The position numbers and the translations under genes are program-made. Shown here piece by piece: positions 28,304 through 36,864 of a DNA stretch of 64,000 bases. The stretch is taken from NCBI GenBank assembly GCA_050732395.1, contig JBOHQX010000300.1, forward strand, positions 6,312-70,311, in the 5' to 3' direction. The DNA is from a bacterium. GTDB lineage: Bacteria; Zhuqueibacterota; Zhuqueibacteria; Zhuqueibacterales; Zhuqueibacteraceae. Each line of letters starts with the position of its first letter. The first letter of the stretch is position 1. Under the pieces are notes generated by a model. The model made no database searches, was not told the origin of the DNA, and saw only the letters and a list, made by a program, of their open reading frames with translations.

Positions 28304-28368
28304 GCCCACGGAAGAGGAAATCCCACGGAAGTAAAATTTTTTTTCGTGGGATTTCCTTTTCCGTGGGC
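28304..28368. repeat. 24-bp-stem inverted repeat (hairpin) with T-rich loop
   Basis: The arms gcccacggaagaggaaatcccacg (28304-27) and cgtgggatttccttttccgtgggc (28345-68) pair with 1 mismatch. The loop is gaagtaaaatttttttt. Confidence 0.85.
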
Positions 28369-28395
28369 GTAATTTTTACAATTTTGTTCTATCTT

Positions 28396-28533
28396 GACAA
28401 TGTTAAGTTAAATCCACGTCATCTCAATCTGTCATGCTGTAAGCATCTTCCCTAGGTCTTGGTGCAGCCCTCTTGGGAAGATGCTTACAGCATGACAGAG
28501 AACAGCGGCTTTGAGGGCTAACTTAACATTGTC
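28396..28533. repeat. 138-bp nested-palindrome MITE/REP-like element (archetype copy)
   Basis: The outer inverted repeat is gacaatgttaagtta (28396-28410) / taacttaacattgtc (28519-28533). The inner inverted repeat is a perfect 24 bp: ctgtcatgctgtaagcatcttccc (28429-52) / gggaagatgcttacagcatgacag (28475-98). A second full copy lies at 46876-47012. Confidence 0.85.
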
Positions 28534-28558
28534 GACCTATCTTTGCTCTTTTAACCGC

Positions 28559-29080
28559 CTAGGGAAACGTGAGCGTCCCAGAAACTCTATTTTTGTGCAG
28601 CAACAAACTCTTACGCTTGCTATCAGCCTTGACGTGGACAATATTCACCTGCTCATCGTGGCGCTCGAGCAACAGCCGGTTGACGACCTCGATCTTGCTG
28701 ATCGCAGCCACATTTTTGGCTTCGACGTAACACCAGGTTATCTCCGCCTCCACTTCTTTGCCGATATAGGTGAAAGTGGCGCTGTCGCCCTCGACGAGAA
28801 AAGCCACTTTCTTTTTCAAGTACGAAAAGATATAGCGGCCGGCGTTCTTATCCTCCTCTGCGGTTCCGAGGTGCATCTTGCCGGCACCCTGCGCTGCGAG
28901 GGCTTCCTCCAAATCGTCGGTGAATATTTTGAACGTGATCTCGAGCGTTTGGGCCTGCGCAATATGATCAACCTCGCAAATGCTAATATAATAAGGATGG
29001 CGCAAGCTCCCCCAAAAAACTGCGACACAGGCAGCGATCCCAAGCCCGAGAGGTTGTTTGCGTAACGTCCATCTTTGCAA
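28559..29080 (-). CDS. DUF6702-like protein (start uncertain, TTG at 29080)
   Basis: After a signal-like N-terminus comes HPYYISICEVDHIAQAQTLEITFKIFTDDLEEAL, the pattern I associate with DUF6702. It is divergently paired with an M1 peptidase, as often seen in FCB genomes. Confidence 0.6.
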   Translation of the reverse strand: MQRWTLRKQPLGLGIAACVAVFWGSLRHPYYISICEVDHIAQAQTLEITFKIFTDDLEEALAAQGAGKMHLGTAEEDKNAGRYIFSYLKKKVAFLVEGDSATFTYIGKEVEAEITWCYVEAKNVAAISKIEVVNRLLLERHDEQVNIVHVKADSKRKSLLLHKNRVSGTLTFP

Positions 29081-29268
29081 GAGGCTACTCCCGCTCTGAA
29101 AATTTCTGACTTAATTTTGAATTGTGACTTGACTCCAATCTATTTCAATATTAATATACTGTAACAGAATCTGCTTTCACAAGCAAGATTTTGAAGCCTT
29201 TCCTGTGAATGATCCCAAGTCGTCATTGTTTTATCTGCATTTATACGTACTAAAACGGCGAGGGTAAA

Positions 29269-31614
29269 ATGAACCTCAAACTTTTACGACGCTGTTTGTG
29301 CAGTTTATTTTTTCTTGGCTTGATCGACACACTCGTTCATGCACAGGAATTCTCGGCCCATGGCAAATTTGAACAACTCTACCTGGAATTGCAGACCCCA
29401 GGAGTATACCGCACCGCCTCCGGCGCGCCGGGGCATTTGTACTGGCAGCAGCGGGCCGACTATGACATGCAAATCGAGCTGGATGACGAGGCGCAAAAAC
29501 TCTCGGGCACCGAGACCATTATGTATCACAACAACTCACCGGATGCGCTCACCTATCTCTGGGTACAGCTCGATCAAAATCTTTTCGAGAAGGAATCCGA
29601 TTATTACACCACCCGCACCACCAGCATTTCCGAGCAAATGAGCTTCAGCGATCTCAAGCGCATGCATCACGACTTTGACGGGGGCTTCAAAATTGAAGAC
29701 GTGAAAGATCGCGCCGGCCGCGACCTGCCTCGCGTCATCAACAAAACCATGATGCGCGTCGACCTGCCGCAACCGCTGTTGCCGAAATCAGCTTTCGTAT
29801 TCAAGATCAAGTGGTGGCACAACATCAACGATCGCCAAAAGCTCGGCGGGCGATCGGGTCTCGAATATTTTCCGGAAGACGGCAACTATCTGTATGTAAT
29901 CGCGCAGTTTTTTCCCTGCATGGCGGTGTACAGCGAAAATCAAGGCTGGCAAAACAAGCAATTCCTGGGCAGCGGCGAGTTCACTCTGCCCTTTGGCAAT
30001 TATTCCGTGAGTCTCACCGTGCCGGCTGATCATGTTTTAGGCGCGACCGGCGTTTTGCAAAATCCGAATCAGGTTTTGAGCGCCAAACAACAGGAGCGTC
30101 TGCAGGAAGCGCGCGCCGCCGGCGCGCCGGTGGCCATCGTCACTGAATCCGAGGCGCGCGCCGCCGAACAAGGGCACAGCCGCGGCAAGAAGACGTGGAT
30201 CTTCAAAGCGGAAAACGTGCGAGATTTCGCCTTTGCCACTTCACGTAAGTTCATTTGGGACGCCATGGGAGTGAAAGTTGGCGACCGTACGGTGATGGCG
30301 ATGTCGTATTATCCCAAAGAAGGCAATCCCTTATGGGAGCGGTATTCCACCAAAGTCGTGGCGCACACACTGAAGGTTTATTCAAAGCACACTTTCGATT
30401 ATCCCTATCCGGTCGCGATTTCGGTGCACACCGATCGCATTGGCATGGAATATCCCATGATCTGCTTCAACGGCGGCCGTCCGGAAAAAGACGGCACCTA
30501 TTCCGAGCGGACAAAACACGGCATGATCAGCGTCATCATCCACGAAGTCGGCCATAACTATTTTCCCATGATTGTCAATTCCGACGAGCGCCAATGGACC
30601 TGGATGGACGAGGGCCTGAACTCATTTTTGCAATACCTGGCCGAACAGGAATGGGATCGCCACTACCCCTCCAAGCGCGGACCGGCCAGCAATATCGTCG
30701 AATATATGAAAGGTGATCGCAGTGCGCTGTCGCCGATCATGACCAATTCCGAATCCATCATTCAGTTCGGCAATAATGCCTACGGCAAGCCGGCGACGGC
30801 ACTCAACATTTTGCGTGAAACGATCATGGGCCGGGAGCTCTTCGATTTCGCTTTCAAACAATACGCGCAACGTTGGATGTTCAAGCACCCGACGCCGGAG
30901 GATCTTTTTCGCACTCTGGAGGATGCTTCAGGCGTAGACTTGGATTGGTTCTGGCGCGGATGGTTCTACGGCGTCGATCCCGTCGACGTCGCGATCGAGG
31001 AGGTCAAATGGTTCAAGGTAGACACGCAAGATCCGGACCTGGAAAAGCCCCTAACGCGCGCGGCGGTGAATCAGAGTCCGCAATTCATCGGCGACCTGCG
31101 CAATCGTACGGCCATAGCGCAGCCAATGATTGAAAAGGATCCTTCGTTGCAGGATTTTTACAACAAATACGATTCGCTGGAAGTGTCCGTGCTCGATCAG
31201 CGCGAGTTTGAAAGATATTACGCGAGCTTGAACGAAAGTGAAAAGGCCTTACTGCGCCAGGAGACGAATTATTATGAGATTCAGTTCTCCAATATCGGCG
31301 GCCTAGTCACGCCACTCATTCTGGAATTCGAATTGGAAGACGGCGCAAAAGTCGAAAAACGCATTCCCGCCGAAATCTGGCGCTATAACGACAAAAAGAT
31401 CAGTAAGGTATTCGTGCTGCCCAAGCCGGTGAAAAGCATCACGCTCGATCCTTTTCTGGAAACAGCCGATGTCGACATCAGCAACAATTACTGGCCGCCC
31501 CGCGCCGTGCCCACGCGCTTCCAGCTATTCAAGCAGCGCGAGCAGGAGCGGGAAAACCCCATGCAACGCGACCGGCGTGCGAAAGAGTTGGAGAAAAGAG
31601 AGAAAACAGAGTGA
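29269..31614 (+). CDS. M1 family zinc metallopeptidase (secreted)
   Basis: Signal peptide MNLKLLRRCLCSLFFLGLIDTLVHAQ. GMEYPMICF exopeptidase-like motif. Gluzincin site HEVGHNYFPMIVNSDERQWTWMDEGLNSF (HExxH + E). Confidence 0.9.
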   Translation: MNLKLLRRCLCSLFFLGLIDTLVHAQEFSAHGKFEQLYLELQTPGVYRTASGAPGHLYWQQRADYDMQIELDDEAQKLSGTETIMYHNNSPDALTYLWVQLDQNLFEKESDYYTTRTTSISEQMSFSDLKRMHHDFDGGFKIEDVKDRAGRDLPRVINKTMMRVDLPQPLLPKSAFVFKIKWWHNINDRQKLGGRSGLEYFPEDGNYLYVIAQFFPCMAVYSENQGWQNKQFLGSGEFTLPFGNYSVSLTVPADHVLGATGVLQNPNQVLSAKQQERLQEARAAGAPVAIVTESEARAAEQGHSRGKKTWIFKAENVRDFAFATSRKFIWDAMGVKVGDRTVMAMSYYPKEGNPLWERYSTKVVAHTLKVYSKHTFDYPYPVAISVHTDRIGMEYPMICFNGGRPEKDGTYSERTKHGMISVIIHEVGHNYFPMIVNSDERQWTWMDEGLNSFLQYLAEQEWDRHYPSKRGPASNIVEYMKGDRSALSPIMTNSESIIQFGNNAYGKPATALNILRETIMGRELFDFAFKQYAQRWMFKHPTPEDLFRTLEDASGVDLDWFWRGWFYGVDPVDVAIEEVKWFKVDTQDPDLEKPLTRAAVNQSPQFIGDLRNRTAIAQPMIEKDPSLQDFYNKYDSLEVSVLDQREFERYYASLNESEKALLRQETNYYEIQFSNIGGLVTPLILEFELEDGAKVEKRIPAEIWRYNDKKISKVFVLPKPVKSITLDPFLETADVDISNNYWPPRAVPTRFQLFKQREQERENPMQRDRRAKELEKREKTE

Positions 31615-31617
31615 ATC

Positions 31618-32127
31618 GTGCCGGCCATCCGAATTCGATTTGCAACCCAGCAAGACGTTCCCCTGATTCTGCAATTCATTCGTGATTTGGCAGAGTACGA
31701 ACGCCTGGCGCATGAGCTCATTGCGACCGAAGATCGCCTGCGCACTTCCCTGTTTGGGCCGCACTCCGGCCCCGAAGTCATTTTTGCCGAAGTAGATGGC
31801 ACCCCCGCCGGCTTCGCCTTATTTTATCACAACTATTCCACCTTTCTCGCGCAGCGTGGACTGTATCTCGAGGATCTTTTCGTGCGTCCCGAATTCCGCG
31901 GCCACGGCATTGGCCGGCGATTGCTGGTTTATTTAGCTCACCTTGCAGTCACCCGCGGCTGTGGCCGGTTTGAATGGTGGGTGCTGGATTGGAATGAACC
32001 GTCGATCAAATTCTACAAAAAACTAGGCGCGATTCCGATGTCCGACTGGACCGTGTTTCGAGTGACCGGAGAAGCATTGTCACGTTTGGCATCGGAGTAC
32101 GGAAGTGGTGATGATGAGACAACCTGA
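31618..32127 (+). CDS. GNAT family N-acetyltransferase (diamine/SSAT-like)
   Basis: IRFATQQDVPLILQFIRDLAEYE...LEDLFVRPEFRGHGIGRRLL (motif A Q/RxxGxG/A)...FEWWVLDWNEPSIKFYKKLGA. GTG start 3 nt after the peptidase stop. Confidence 0.85.
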   Translation: MPAIRIRFATQQDVPLILQFIRDLAEYERLAHELIATEDRLRTSLFGPHSGPEVIFAEVDGTPAGFALFYHNYSTFLAQRGLYLEDLFVRPEFRGHGIGRRLLVYLAHLAVTRGCGRFEWWVLDWNEPSIKFYKKLGAIPMSDWTVFRVTGEALSRLASEYGSGDDETT

Positions 32128-32138
32128 AAAGAGGAACC

Positions 32139-35100
32139 ATGCTAGCCGCAATCAGACCAAGAAGCCTTTCGTTGCATGCGGCGGTACACACGTCGGTGGC
32201 TTTGCTGCTCAACTTGACCATGCCATCCACGGCCTCCGCGCAAAAATCTGCATCCGCTTACCTGAGGCGGGTGCGGGAGATCGCTACGCGCGATTTCGGC
32301 ATTCCCAATCCTCAGGGCCTGACTTTCTCGCCTTCAGCAGATGCCCTCTTCGTGCTCGCGGCCGCGAATACAACTTCGGCTGCGGCGGGCGCTCCCAAAC
32401 TGGCTATGATCGACGCATTGGAAGATCTGGCCGGTTCTTTGGATCTGGCGTCCGTTCCTGCCTCACCCATTACAATGGTTTTTGACAACAAGCTCAAGCG
32501 CTTGTTGTTCTATGATGTTCCCTCCAAACATTTGATTGCGATTCAGACAAACGCCAAGGGCCAGCCTGACCCAGCTTTGATGACCCGTTTCGAGGCCAAC
32601 GAGCTAGATTTGCAAAACCCGGTCGGGATGGCGCTCGATCCAAACGGCGGAAGCCTCTTCATCCTGGACCAGGCCCCCTCACAACTGGTCCGCATCGACC
32701 CCGGCCCTCAGAGCAGCATGGACGGCGCCGACGCCCTTAAAAAAACCCGGGTCTCGCAAATCGATCTCCAGCATACCGGTGTGCTTGATCTCCGTGGTCT
32801 TGCGTTCAATCCAGCGGACGGCCATCTTTATCTCGTGAGCCCGGAGCATCAGACGGTCTATGAGCTTACCACGGCCGGTCAGATCGTGGCGACCCGTGAC
32901 CTTGGTGCTGCCAACGTTCAGTTGGTCAAGCCTGAAGCCATGGTCTTCGCGCCCAGCGGAGATCTGACGGACGACCCGGAGGATATGAGCCTTTATATTG
33001 TTGACAACAAACCGGATCACGAAGGGTTCGGAGGTAGCCAGATCGTTGAATTGTCGTTCATATCACCCCTCGAAACGGATTACTCCGCGGCTGCAATGCT
33101 CTCAGCCCGCTTGGTGAAAATGACGCAAACCAGCAAGTGGTCCCCGCCCAGTCCAGATCCGATGGGGGCTGCTTATATTCCCTCCTCCAAGCGGCTGATG
33201 ATCAGCGATTCCGAAGTCGATGAAATGTCCATTTTTAAACGAGTCAATGTTTATGAAACGACGCTGTCAGGTAGCGTGCTGAGCACTGCCCAAACGACCT
33301 CTTTCTCCAAGGAGCCGACCGGAGTCGCTTTTAATCCAAGCAATGGCCATATCTTCATTTCCGACGATGATCTCGCCAAAGTATTTGAAATTGATCCAGG
33401 AGCCGATGGAAAATACTTCAGCAAAGATGACGTCCGTACTTCATTTAATACCAAAGGCTCGAAAAGTATAGACGCCGAAGGCATCACTTTTGGAAATGGC
33501 TATCTTTATATTGCAGACGGTGTGAATTCAGAAATTTACGAGTTCAGGCCGGGTGCCAATGGCCGATTCGATGGCCAGAAACCGGCGGGCGATGATCAAG
33601 TGAGCCATTTTGATACGAAAGCTCTGGGTATTCCGGATCCTGAAACCGTTGAATTTAATTCAACCTCGGGCACGCTATACATTACCGGTTATGGGTCCAG
33701 GAAGGTGATCGAAACCACGACTTCCGGAGAATTGCTCGATGTGATTGATATTGCTTTTTTGAAAGCAACGAATCCGTCAGGCATGGCTTATGCGCCAAGC
33801 AGTCTGAACCCGGCGGTAATGAATCTCTACATTGTGGCCCGAGGAGTGGATAATAATTCCAACCGGAAGGAAAATGACGGCAAGCTGTTTGAAATTTCCA
33901 TTCAATACCCGCTGCCGACCACAAGCATTTCCATTGATGATTTTTCCATAAGCGAAGGCGACACCGGCACGGTGAGTGCGATTTTCACCTTGCGCCTGTC
34001 CGAGTCGAGCAAGCGCATCGTCTCCGTGGACTATGCCACTGCAGATAGTACTGCCGCTGCCGGAAGTGATTATGTGTCCGGCTCCGGAACGGTGAGCTTC
34101 CCAGCCGGTACAACCTCGCAGACGATTACCTTGATCGTCAAAGGCGACACGGTCCCCGAGCCGAACGAGATTTTTTTGGTTCATCTTAGCAACCCGACCA
34201 ACGCGACCATTGGGGACGGCCAGGGTTTAGGTACAATCATTAACGATGAAATTGCGCCTGCAAGCGCCATCTCCATCAATGATGTCACGGTGACGGAAGG
34301 CGATTCCGGTACGACCGACGCCGTTTTCAATGTAACCCTGGATGTGCCAAGCGAGCAGACCGTCACCGTGGACTACGCCACGGCCGATAGTACAGCCACC
34401 GCCGGCAGTGATTATGTGTCCGGCTCCGGAACGCTCATTTTTCCAGCCGCAACAACTTCCCGGACGATTGCCGTGGCCGTCAATGGCGACGTGCTCGCAG
34501 GGTCAAACGAGACTTTTACGGTTCGGCTCATCAATCCGGCCAACGCGACCATTGCGGACAGCCAAGGAGTAGGGACAATCATGAACGATGATGACGCGTC
34601 CGCAGTCTCCATCTCGATTGATGATGTCTCTATCACTGAAGGCGACGCCGGCACGTCCAATGCAATTTTCAATGTGAAACTGTCTGCCCAATGCGAGCAG
34701 ACTGTCACCGTGGACTACGCCACGGCCGATAGTACTGCCACCGCCGGAAGTGATTATGTGTCTCGCTCCGGTACTGTAAGCTTTCCAGCCGAAACCACCT
34801 CTCAGACAATTGCCGTGGTCGTCAATGGCGACGTGCTCGTCGAGGCGAACGAGATTTTTTTGGTTCATCTCAGCAACCCGACCAACGCGACCATTGGGGA
34901 TGGTCATGCTTTGGGGACGATCATTGAAGAAGCCGCTGCTCAAATTGCACACGAAGAAACCAAGACCGGCGGAACTTCAAATTCCACCATGGTAATGACT
35001 TCTGCGAGCGTGACTGCTGTTAGCGGTCACCTTTACCTCGTAGCGATTTCGACCAGACCGACTGTTACCGTAAATGGTGTTTCCGGACTGGGCTTGAGCT

Positions 35101-35939
35101 GGAGCCGGGTGAAGGCGCAATGTGCCGGCAGGAATCGAACTGGAATAGAAGTATGGATGGCGCGCGGGAACCCGGGCGCTAGCAGCGCTGTGACGGCGAC
35201 ACTCGCCGCGGCCCCTTCGAGTGCGGCCATCACGGTATCGAGGTATTCGGGAGCAGCGGTAGCAAACCCGATAGGAAATATGGTTTCCGGCAATACGAAT
35301 GGAATAAACGGAGCCTGCTCAGGCGGAACCGATAATAATTCCTACTCATTCAATTTAACGACCACGGTAAATGAAGCAGTCGTGTATGGTGCAATTACCA
35401 TGCGGAATAGAACCCACACGCCAGGTGCCGGCTATACCGAGCGTGCAAAGATCCGGCAGGATAGCGGCTCAAACATGGCTTCCGTCGCCGTGCAGGATAA
35501 GAGCGTCGCTGCCATTTCAACAGTCGCAGTAAACGGCTCGTTCAGTGGCACTATTGATTGGGCGATGGTGGCTGTGGAGATCAAGCCACAGGCCGGGAGG
35601 ACTGGTGCACTCACACTTTCAAAAGAAGAACAAGAGCCGGCAGCCATTACGCCTCCACCAATGGCTTTTCAGCTTGATCAGAACCATCCGAATCCTTTCA
35701 ACCCAAGCACGCGCATCCGCTACAGCATGCCTGCGGACAGCCAGGTACGCTTGACGATCTACGATTTAGAGGGGCGCACGATAGCAGTTTTGGTGGACGG
35801 ATTTCAGAGCGCCGGAATTTATACCCAGATTTGGGGCGCCTCGGATTTCAAAGGCCGGCAACTTCCCAATGGCGTATATTTCTACCGCCTTCAGGCCGGC
35901 ACTCATGTTGCGACACGAAAAATGACGTTGCTGCGATAA
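32139..35939 (+). CDS. giant secreted beta-propeller (SdiA-regulated/NHL-like blades) + 3x Calx-beta protein with T9SS C-terminal sorting domain
   Basis: Signal-like N-terminus. Repeated blade motifs are present (GLAFNPADGHLYLVS, PTGVAFNPSNGHIFISD, AEGITFGNGYLYIAD, TVEFNSTSGTLYITG). Three Calx-beta units follow (I(S/N)DxxxxEGDxG...VDYATADSTAxAGSDYVSxSGT...). The C-terminus is LDQNHPNPFNPSTRIRY...NGVYFYRLQAG...MTLLR. Confidence 0.85.
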   Translation: MLAAIRPRSLSLHAAVHTSVALLLNLTMPSTASAQKSASAYLRRVREIATRDFGIPNPQGLTFSPSADALFVLAAANTTSAAAGAPKLAMIDALEDLAGSLDLASVPASPITMVFDNKLKRLLFYDVPSKHLIAIQTNAKGQPDPALMTRFEANELDLQNPVGMALDPNGGSLFILDQAPSQLVRIDPGPQSSMDGADALKKTRVSQIDLQHTGVLDLRGLAFNPADGHLYLVSPEHQTVYELTTAGQIVATRDLGAANVQLVKPEAMVFAPSGDLTDDPEDMSLYIVDNKPDHEGFGGSQIVELSFISPLETDYSAAAMLSARLVKMTQTSKWSPPSPDPMGAAYIPSSKRLMISDSEVDEMSIFKRVNVYETTLSGSVLSTAQTTSFSKEPTGVAFNPSNGHIFISDDDLAKVFEIDPGADGKYFSKDDVRTSFNTKGSKSIDAEGITFGNGYLYIADGVNSEIYEFRPGANGRFDGQKPAGDDQVSHFDTKALGIPDPETVEFNSTSGTLYITGYGSRKVIETTTSGELLDVIDIAFLKATNPSGMAYAPSSLNPAVMNLYIVARGVDNNSNRKENDGKLFEISIQYPLPTTSISIDDFSISEGDTGTVSAIFTLRLSESSKRIVSVDYATADSTAAAGSDYVSGSGTVSFPAGTTSQTITLIVKGDTVPEPNEIFLVHLSNPTNATIGDGQGLGTIINDEIAPASAISINDVTVTEGDSGTTDAVFNVTLDVPSEQTVTVDYATADSTATAGSDYVSGSGTLIFPAATTSRTIAVAVNGDVLAGSNETFTVRLINPANATIADSQGVGTIMNDDDASAVSISIDDVSITEGDAGTSNAIFNVKLSAQCEQTVTVDYATADSTATAGSDYVSRSGTVSFPAETTSQTIAVVVNGDVLVEANEIFLVHLSNPTNATIGDGHALGTIIEEAAAQIAHEETKTGGTSNSTMVMTSASVTAVSGHLYLVAISTRPTVTVNGVSGLGLSWSRVKAQCAGRNRTGIEVWMARGNPGASSAVTATLAAAPSSAAITVSRYSGAAVANPIGNMVSGNTNGINGACSGGTDNNSYSFNLTTTVNEAVVYGAITMRNRTHTPGAGYTERAKIRQDSGSNMASVAVQDKSVAAISTVAVNGSFSGTIDWAMVAVEIKPQAGRTGALTLSKEEQEPAAITPPPMAFQLDQNHPNPFNPSTRIRYSMPADSQVRLTIYDLEGRTIAVLVDGFQSAGIYTQIWGASDFKGRQLPNGVYFYRLQAGTHVATRKMTLLR
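33921..34930 (+). repeat. three tandem ~335-340-nt coding repeats (Calx-beta units)
   Basis: Units at about 33921-34260, 34261-34595 and 34596-34930 share long identical stretches, for example gtggactacgccacggccgatagtac(a/t)gccaccgccgg(c/a)agtgattatgtgtc. Confidence 0.85.
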
Positions 35940-35955
35940 CGAAAGCACTGCTACC

Positions 35956-36335
35956 TTAGTTTTTGTAGGCGGCAATATCTCGGATGTGCGACTTCTTTCG
36001 CGCCCGGGTTGTGATGAAGTGCCAATTCACGGTTGAATATACCCGATTTTGTATCTGCGCGCAGGACTTGATGAGGTCTGTACCTGAGCGCCTTGAGGCA
36101 CCATCATACAAAATGCGGAAGGCCGTGGCATGGCCGCAAGGTGCGGCAGCAGCATCGGTCCAATTGGGGGCAGCAAAATTGCCGGTCATGACATCGGCCG
36201 CATAAACGAAATCATTTTGTGATTGCGCTTTGCGCAAGCCCCAATTGCCGTGACAATAGCTACTACTGCAGGAGTTGGTGTTGAGGTCATAGACCACCTG
36301 CGGTGCGCGGTCGCCACCTTCCGTCGCGGCATGTG
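35956..36335 (-). pseudogene. 3' remnant of a CxxxxCH/CxxCH cytochrome gene (paralog of 39723-40784)
   Basis: The translation TEGGDRAPQVVYDLNTNSCSSSYCHGNWGLRKAQSQNDFVYAADVMTGNFAAPNWT matches TEGGNRAPQVVYDFNANTCSNSYCHGNWGLRKAQAGDNEFMYAADVMTGNSAVPNWT of the full gene. There is no N-terminal part. The downstream CGSCH and CTNCH haem motifs are destroyed (PCGHATAF, SCAQIQ). Confidence 0.6.
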
Positions 36336-36864
36336 AACGTTTAGTCGTCTGGCTCAGATAACTCCCAAGACTGATCTGATTGCAGAGCCATACGACTCAA
36401 TTCCTCTTCACCAAAACCGTTTCTGCCCTGTCATTCAAGCCTTACAAAATCATCTTCTGAATTACTTCCTTCCTTATAGCCTCTCTCCTGAAGCGCACCA
36501 AATCTTTTCTGGATTTTTCGCAAATCAAGCAAAGTCAAGTATAATAGTGAGCGTAAAGACCTCTCCAGCACGACTGCAAGCATGAAGGGGAAGGATTCCC
36601 TACCGAGAACGGACTCTCCATTTTTCGATTTTGCAGGTCACCTAAATGATAAATTAATTCGTAGCTGTTCGGCTCTACCCTGTCGTCCCCAAAAACATGG
36701 CGACTTCCGATTTACGATCGCAGACCGACAATCGAAAATCGAAAATCGTCAATCCGCTGAACAGTCACATTAGTTCATAATCCGCCCAGCGAGGAAGGGC
36801 GCACGGCAAACAGCGTTCAAACTGCATTTTGGTTGACTTAAATGGACCCGTTTATCTTCTTGCC

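Noticed and set aside
36582-36773. 63-aa ORF upstream of the FN3 gene
   Set aside because: It has no RBS or family resemblance. It contains a short tandem run (aatcgaaaatcgaaaatcg) and is likely non-coding leader or promoter DNA.
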